Positions 57,601 to 64,000 of a stretch of 64,000 bases of DNA are shown here, piece by piece. The notes under the pieces were generated by a model. It searched no databases. It worked only from the letters and a program-made list of their open reading frames with translations, and was not told where the DNA came from. Location: assembly GCA_026936335.1 (NCBI GenBank), contig JAPMXV010000056.1, positions 1 through 64,000 of the forward strand. The letters run 5' to 3'. The position numbers and the translations under genes were made by a program. The number at the start of each line of letters is the position of its first letter. Position 1 is the first letter of the stretch. Source of the DNA: Mantamonas sphyraenae STR306. Lineage: Eukaryota; Protista; CRuMs.

Positions 57601-60600
57601 CGCCACTGCGCCCGCGGTGCAGAACTTTGGCACGCTGCTGTTCAACTTTACCGTGGGGCCGACGGCGCAGGTGCAGTCGTACAGCTACTGCAAGAGCATC
57701 CACTTTTCGCTCTCGTACCGCTGCGGCACCACGGAGTGCGTCGCTGGCAGCTGGCCAGACACCAACCCGGTCAAAAGCTACGACATCGACCTCACCGGCA
57801 GCAGCCGCGTCATCGACTCGGTGTGGGGCGGGTCGCACACCTCGTGCGGATGCATCGCCTCGTCGCCACGCATTTCCGGTGTGTACCGCCTGCTCATCGA
57901 GAACCAACAGGCCGTGTCCGACTCGTTCCCTGCGTGCAAAGACCTCACAGTGGGCATGTATGTGCAGGACAGATGCAGCAACCGAGGCACATACGACGCG
58001 TCCACGGACAGGTGCACCTGCCAGACCGGTTGGGGAGGTAGCACATGCTCCTTCCAAGTGAACAGCATGGCGCCCAACGACAAGATCACCTTTAGCGGGG
58101 ACCCCAGCGAACAGCAACTCTACTACGTGAACTACGACTCGATGAAGAACTACGGCTTTGTACGCCTGGCCCTGACCCAGGTGGCCGGAAAGTGCGACAG
58201 CGTTTCGCTGCAGCTGACCAGCGCCTGCACGGGCTGCGAAGACACCAACTGGCCCAGCAGCTCCAACAGCGACTTTTCCATTTCCAACCAGGACATCACT
58301 GGTGGTGCCTGGAACGGCAGGTACGACGGCACCCGGCAAAAGTGTGGTTGCAGCGGCCAGCCGCGCGTGTCCGGCACCTACCGCGTGCAGGTCGTCAACA
58401 CGGGCACGCAGTTCTGCCAAGCCGAACTCTCCAACCAAGTAGAGGATTTTTGCAACGGCCGCGGCGACTACGTCAAGAACGCCGGCGGATGCAACTGCCA
58501 CAGCGTCAACTGGGGTGGCCAGCGCTGCCAGTACCCGGTCACCGTGCTGCAAACGGGCAAGGCCACCGACCTGGTGCTGCCTGTACAAGGCCCGACGAGC
58601 ACGCCCGAAAGCCAGTTCACCCTTTTCCGCTACGACTATCCGCAAGGACTGACCAACCCGCAGGACCTGATTTTCAACTTCACCACTGCGGCAGGCCAGG
58701 GAACAGGCACGTGTTACAGCAGCGGCGGCAGCTCCGGCTCCACAAGCTGGGTGTCGTACGCCACGCGCACCGACTGCGGAACCTGCGCCACATCGTGGTG
58801 CAAGTACCCCGACCTGCTGGAATCCTGCTCGGGCTCCACGCAGGGGTACAGCACCGTCGGGTTCACAGCAACCGACCCCAAGTACGAATTGGAATACAAG
58901 TACAACGCCGACAGGCCCTCTGGCTGCGGATGCGACAAGGTGAACGACTTGCGCGGCAGCTGGTTCCTGGCGCTGAAGAAAACGGACAGCACGCCGGCAT
59001 GCCACATGACGGTGCAGCCGAACCTCAAGGACGCGTGCAACAACCGAGGCACCTTTGTCGCGAATTCCAGTCTGTGTCGCTGCGATTCGGGCTGGGCCGG
59101 CGAGACCTGTCTGTGGCCCATGGGCGAGCTGCAGCGGTCCACCAGCCTGGACTTTCAACTGGACAAGGGCGAGCGGCGCTTCTTCCGCCTGCCCTTCCCG
59201 TCTGGAGTCTGGGATCTCAAGCTGACCCTGGCCAAGCGCTCCAAGTCCAATTCATGCAACAAGATCGACTTTAAAACCAGTTACGGCTGCACACTTGCAG
59301 GCAAGGCCGGTTGCGACGCACCATACCCCAAGGTGGCCGAAACAGACAAGTCGGGCTCCAGTCTGACCAACCCGCTAGAAACCACGGTGGAGTACAAGGA
59401 TCCGCGTGACAAGTGTGGCTGTGGCCAAGCAGATTCGACGGACGAGACCTGGTACGTGTATGTGGCCAACAACTACGACGCCACAACGGGCAACGACCGC
59501 TGCCAGATGTCGATTACGGCTGCCCTGACACCGATCTGTCCAAAGGGCTGCGAAACCAACGGCAAGTGCGACGCGGTCTCTGGACGTTGCGTGTGCAACG
59601 AAGGCTACACGGGCTTGAGCTGTGCCGTGGAGACAACGGGCAAGGTGGCGGAGGTGGTGAACTTGGCCGACACGGCGGGCAAACTGTCCAGCGGCGAGAT
59701 CGCACGCTATTTTGTCAACACCTCGTCCACCAACACGCAGATGAACATCACGCTCTCGCTGACCTCAGGTGGCAAGGGAAGCAACCTGGATGACGTCACC
59801 GTGCGCATGATGATCAAGAAGAACGGCGTGCCGGACGTGGAGCGCACGGTGTCCACGCAGTTTTCAGGCACGACGCCGCAGCTGCGCACACGCTTCAAGT
59901 GCAAAAACTGTGACAAGGAGCTCACAGTGAGCAAGGACAAGCGCGTGGACGTGGTCGCCTACGTGCAGAAGGAACTGGGCGACTCCATCTTCAACTTGCA
60001 CGTGGCTGCCGACGCCGTCTATGCATTTGACAACCCGACACGCTCGGTGCAGTACCAAGTGCGCCCCACTGTGGACGACGGCTTTGGCACAGTGTTTGAC
60101 GTGCTGTGCATCTTGGTGATCCTTGTGGGCGCCGCATACCTGCTGTACCGCATCCGCGAGAACCCGCGCGAGGTGTTTGGCTTCCTGTGGGTTCTTCGCA
60201 TGCGTCTCATGGGCGAGAGCCTGGAAAAGCTGGAGGACGAGGAGGTGCGCGACTTTGACCACGTGAGCTCGATCAAGCTTGTGCCGGAGCAAAAAACGGT
60301 GGTGCATGTTTATGATCTGCTGCAGACGTTGGCAGAGGTGATGCGTTCAGTGGAAACCAAGATGCCCGGATTCGAAGTGGCAGCACATGTGTCGGTGCAC
60401 CCGTACCCGCTGATGTGCTCTCTGTACAACTGGATGGCTCCGCTGCCTGGCTTGCCATTCGTCGAGCTGTCGGCACTGAAGCTTCCTCCGCTGCCTCTGT
60501 TGCAGCTGCTGCAGCAGGTGTTGACTGTGATCAAGGACGCGAAGGCCTGGAGAACATCGAGCTGGAGGCCGGCGAACTGCGCCTTATGGACGTCCTGGTG

Positions 60601-62652
60601 GAGTTGGCACAAAGCGTGGCCAGCCAGGCGCGCAAGATGCCGCCTGTTTCGCTGGCTGTGATCAGCACGGACGAAATGTTGGAACAACTGGTGGCTGTGG
60701 TGGATGACATTCCGGACCCGCCGACCCTCGAGGTGCAAGTGCAGGACGACGAAGAAAGCATGGGCTACGAGATGGACGAGACGGGCCAGATGAAGCAATC
60801 GCTGCTGGGCTCGACCAAGGTGATCCACGCCACGCAGCTTGTGTTTGAGCTGCAGCAGGCGGTGGCCAAGATGCCTGGAGACAGCAAGCCGATGATGCTG
60901 CTTCCAGGAGTGCCTGGCGACATCCGACCCATTGGCCTGGAGCAGGTACTGCTGATGCTGGAGGACATGACCATGCTGATGCCGCTCCTCGCAGATGTCA
61001 AGGTGCGCTCAGAGGCAGCCATGCATGCACCGCACACGATTGCGCTCACGGAACTGGTAGACTGCATCCTGGCCACGTTTGAGCATGCCGTGGAGCTGCC
61101 GGGCGTGTATGTGCGCGACCAACACAAGATTGAAAAGGTGGAGGAAAAGCCGCCCAAGTTTGAGAAGCCGCCGGTGGCCGAGCTGAAGGAGGACGCAGCC
61201 GAGGGTGAAGGACTGGCCATCCAAGCAGGACTGCTGCAAGAGGGCGAGGTGGAGGAGGGAGCAGCTTCGTCGAGCAGCAGCGCCGCAGGTGTGGCCGCTG
61301 TGGCCACAACCGCAGTGACAGCCGGAGCGAGCAAGGTTGGCGCTGCAGCCGAGTCTGGTGAGCAAAAAGCTTCCGCGGGAGCCAAGAGTGTGGGCAAACG
61401 TGCCAGCCAGCTGATGTCCAAGGTGAACACGGACAGTCTGAAGGCAAACATGGCCACCGTGGACATTCGCAAGCTGTATGCGCTGCTGGTGGCTCTGCAC
61501 GCCCTCATCATCACGTTCAAGCTGATGCAGTCGTTGTTCAATGTGGGTTTGATTCACGGCGCCTTTGGTACGGTGTTCCAGGTGCCGGCCATTGAAAAGC
61601 TGCAGCAGAGTGTGAGCAACGTGCTGGGAGGCTTTGGACCGTTTGCAAGTGCCATGGCGTCCATGTTTGGTCAGCTGAACGTGTTGCCACTGCTGTTTCG
61701 CTGGAACTGCAAGGGGGCATTCCTCTTTTTGAGTTGCATTGGACTGCTGGTGGGCACACGCCTGTTTATTCGAGCCATTGAGAACGACGTGCTGCTGCGC
61801 TGGAGCCAACGCCTGTCGAACCTCAAGGCACGCGAAAAGACTGCATACAAGGCCAAGGTGTTGGACAAGGCAGTGGGGCTCGTGGAGACCCTGGTGTTTG
61901 CGCTGATGCAGCTGTTTGTCATGTTTCTGTACAACATGCTGAGCAGTGCATGGGACCGCGACGTGTTTGCACAGTCGTGCTCGCCCACGGACGCGTTCTT
62001 CTTGCAATTCAGCTTTGCCCTGATGGTGATCGGGTTGTTGTTTGCCCTTGTCAGCAACTTTTTCCTGTTTGCTGGTCGCCCGAGCATGGAGGTTATCAAG
62101 CGAGAAGGGCTGATTGGGCTGTTCAAGGAGATTGGCCGAGGATGGGTGCGCATCTTCATGCTCGCTGCGGGCGTGTGGAACGACAACATGATGAAGGCTT
62201 TCCGCGTCGTGCAGCGAGCCAACGCTCTGGTGGATTTCGACCCGGAGGGCGGCACGACACGCCATGAGGAAATCCTTAATGTGACCGGACGCACAAACGG
62301 TATGATCTTCCTGCTGCTGCCGGGTTTCGCTTGGTTCGCCAAAACAGCAGAAGTGCTTTCCAGCCCCACCATGTGGAACATGACGACGCGTTTGCGGCTG
62401 TCCGAGGAGGCCAAGTGGGTGCGCCCGTTCCAGTGGATCAACAACCTTGTGATCAGCGTGTGCACCCTGCTGACGGCACTGGTGGCGAGCGACGCAATGG
62501 TGGTGCTGCTAGTCATCGCCATGCTGCCCACTTTTGGCTACGGCCTGTGGCAAGATCTCATCAAAACACGCGATACAGTCGCCGAAGCTGTCAAGGTGAT
62601 GAAAGAGGAGAAGAAGGCCCGAGCAAGCATGCAAGAAGACACTGCAGCGTAG
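54665..62652 (+). CDS. Giant (~2600 aa) EGF-repeat membrane protein: signal peptide, 10 EGF-like/beta-sandwich modules, TM helix, cytoplasmic region, multi-pass TM C-terminus (intron 54965-55091; frameshifts near 56627 and 60540)
   Basis: MTTVGRRTLLVLATLAILLPAVWA signal peptide; repeated D.C...GTY...C.C..G(Y/W)GG..C; ORFs 55134..56630, 56636..60661 and 60415..62652 form a continuous protein across 1-nt shifts. Confidence 0.82.
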
Positions 62653-62772
62653 AAAATGGAATCCAGCATCGTTTCTTCTCGCTCACTCCCTTCATCCAAC
62701 ATTGCCGTGCGTTTGATCCTCGTGTCAGCAGTGACGTTTGCATCCGGGCAACTGGCACATGTCTGTTGAAAT

Positions 62773-64000
62773 TCAAAAGTTCTGGGCCTGCTGCTGGGCA
62801 AACGTAAAGCCTACGGCCGCTCCTCCACACAAGCTGAGAGGCCATGCGATGATGATGGGCAGTAGTGCCTCGGTGTAGGAGATATCAAGCCCAGTCTCGA
62901 GCTTGAGAGCATAGAGGAGACACGTGAGCGGGCCTGGCACGGCGATGACAAGGAATCCCACACAGCTCTCGAGGCTCCGAAGCCACGCACAGAGCACTTG
63001 TGGCGAGGCCAGGACAAACAACAGAAAGGCTGGAATGCACACATACCAGAAGCTGTTGATGTGGCCGTCCAGGTAGACGGCCAGGACAATGGCAAAGGCG
63101 CCAAACGTTTGCAATGCCAGCCAGTTTGTGCAGTCGCTGAGTACATCATTGATCAGCACCGTGCCCAAAGTTTCAAACCTCTGCGCGGTAAAGGCGGCGG
63201 CAATGAGGCATGTGAAGCAGCACCAAAGACCGAGCCAGATGAACAACGGAACAAACACCTCGCCCCAGGATGCCTGCATGAGGCCATCGGCCTTCAAGGC
63301 GGCCAGCATGGGAAACAGGATGAGCATGGATGCGAAAATGGGTGCGGTGCAGCAGTGGCTGGCAATGCGCGTGCAGTAGCCTGCGCAGTCCTCGTCGGCA
63401 ATCTCCAGCTCCTGCCGCATGAATCCATCCCAAAAGGCAATGAACAAGCAGATTGGCGGTGTGGCAAAAATGTACGTAGGGGTAATGAGGGCGGACCACG
63501 ACGTGTCGCTGAGCACCTCGTTGCCGTCTGCCTTGAGGCCCAGTAGGAGCACTTGCACAAGAGGCAACATGGCATAGCCAAAGAGGAACACGGCAGCACA
63601 AACACTTCCCAGAACCTCAAAGGTGCAGACTCTGTCTGAACACACGCCCAAGCAACGCAGGCAACGAGCACGGGCCGAGTTGTACTCCACCTCGGCGGCG
63701 ACGCGTTCTGCCTCCTCTTCTTCAGCACGCTTCCGGGCCACAAACGCGTCCCGGTAGCGGTGGCGCCAGTTTACAGCGTGGTCAAAGGCAGGATAGTCAA
63801 AAGAGGAGGTGGGCGCGCTGCGGTTGTTGGCGGCGAGAATGTGGCCAATTGCTCCACCCGTGTCCATGGCCTTGAAGGCTTGCGGGTCGGCGGTGCCGTA
63901 CAGCTGCATGAGCAGAGAAATGTCTGCAACAAGCCCCTCATAGGCAGTGTCGTGGTTGGAAGCACTGCCAGGCCCAGATGCGGCCTGATACGGCACGTCG
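62773..64000 (-). CDS. TMEM185/TMEM60-like membrane protein, probably 5'-truncated by the window edge
   Basis: Four repeats of the L.LK.DG....SW..(V/L)..P motif. Confidence 0.7.
   Translation of the reverse strand, partial: DVPYQAASGPGSASNHDTAYEGLVADISLLMQLYGTADPQAFKAMDTGGAIGHILAANNRSAPTSSFDYPAFDHAVNWRHRYRDAFVARKRAEEEEAERVAAEVEYNSARARCLRCLGVCSDRVCTFEVLGSVCAAVFLFGYAMLPLVQVLLLGLKADGNEVLSDTSWSALITPTYIFATPPICLFIAFWDGFMRQELEIADEDCAGYCTRIASHCCTAPIFASMLILFPMLAALKADGLMQASWGEVFVPLFIWLGLWCCFTCLIAAAFTAQRFETLGTVLINDVLSDCTNWLALQTFGAFAIVLAVYLDGHINSFWYVCIPAFLLFVLASPQVLCAWLRSLESCVGFLVIAVPGPLTCLLYALKLETGLDISYTEALLPIIIAWPLSLCGGAAVGFTFAQQQAQNF

Noticed and set aside
17390-60545. Euplotes-like programmed ribosomal frameshifting
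   Set aside because: No common slippery or AAA-stop motif, and the shifts go in both directions.
184-63965. Hundreds of overlapping and antisense ORFs in the track (e.g. 5443..7314, 13067..15085, 20013..22007, 38232..40181, 56837..59158)
   Set aside because: Shadow ORFs caused by high GC and codon bias opposite real genes; they have no recognisable motifs.
1-64000. tRNA, rRNA, CRISPR arrays, transposases
   Set aside because: None recognisable; almost the entire window is accounted for by protein-coding exons and short introns.

Overview
Left end of a linear eukaryotic chromosome: a (CCCTAA)n telomere followed by about 19 very tightly packed protein-coding genes with short GT-AG introns and the standard genetic code. 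It looks like a compact, GC-rich protist genome, but the taxon cannot be assigned from sequence alone. Recognisable genes: an ARD-like cupin, RRP7, a DHX33-like helicase, an EDR1/CTR1-type kinase, an LRR-filamin-PB1 protein, two Vip1-like RRM paralogs, NVL/Rix7, a TmcB-like PAS protein, GluRS, a two-repeat Myb, CSN1, IRE1, a USP47-like protease, a TMEM185-like protein, two giant surface proteins and a subtelomeric orphan with nested duplications. About nine 1-2 nt frameshifts interrupt otherwise intact genes and are most likely assembly indels. Best leads: (1) a structured 360-nt intron (53779-54138) with a far-upstream branch point, about 250 nt without AG, an antisense copy of its own 5' splice site and an Sm-site-plus-hairpin module (splicing switch or mini U1-like RNA); (2) a strand-specific C/G skew that appears to flip near 55-60 kb, like a replication origin; (3) unusual domain fusions (TBC1D8/9-N + EDR1 + kinase; TmcB/PAS + TauE; WHEP-WHEP-GST-GluRS); (4) 6-48 nt gaps between tandem genes; (5) templated duplications at convergent gene ends. 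All family calls are from motif recognition by eye, not database searches.
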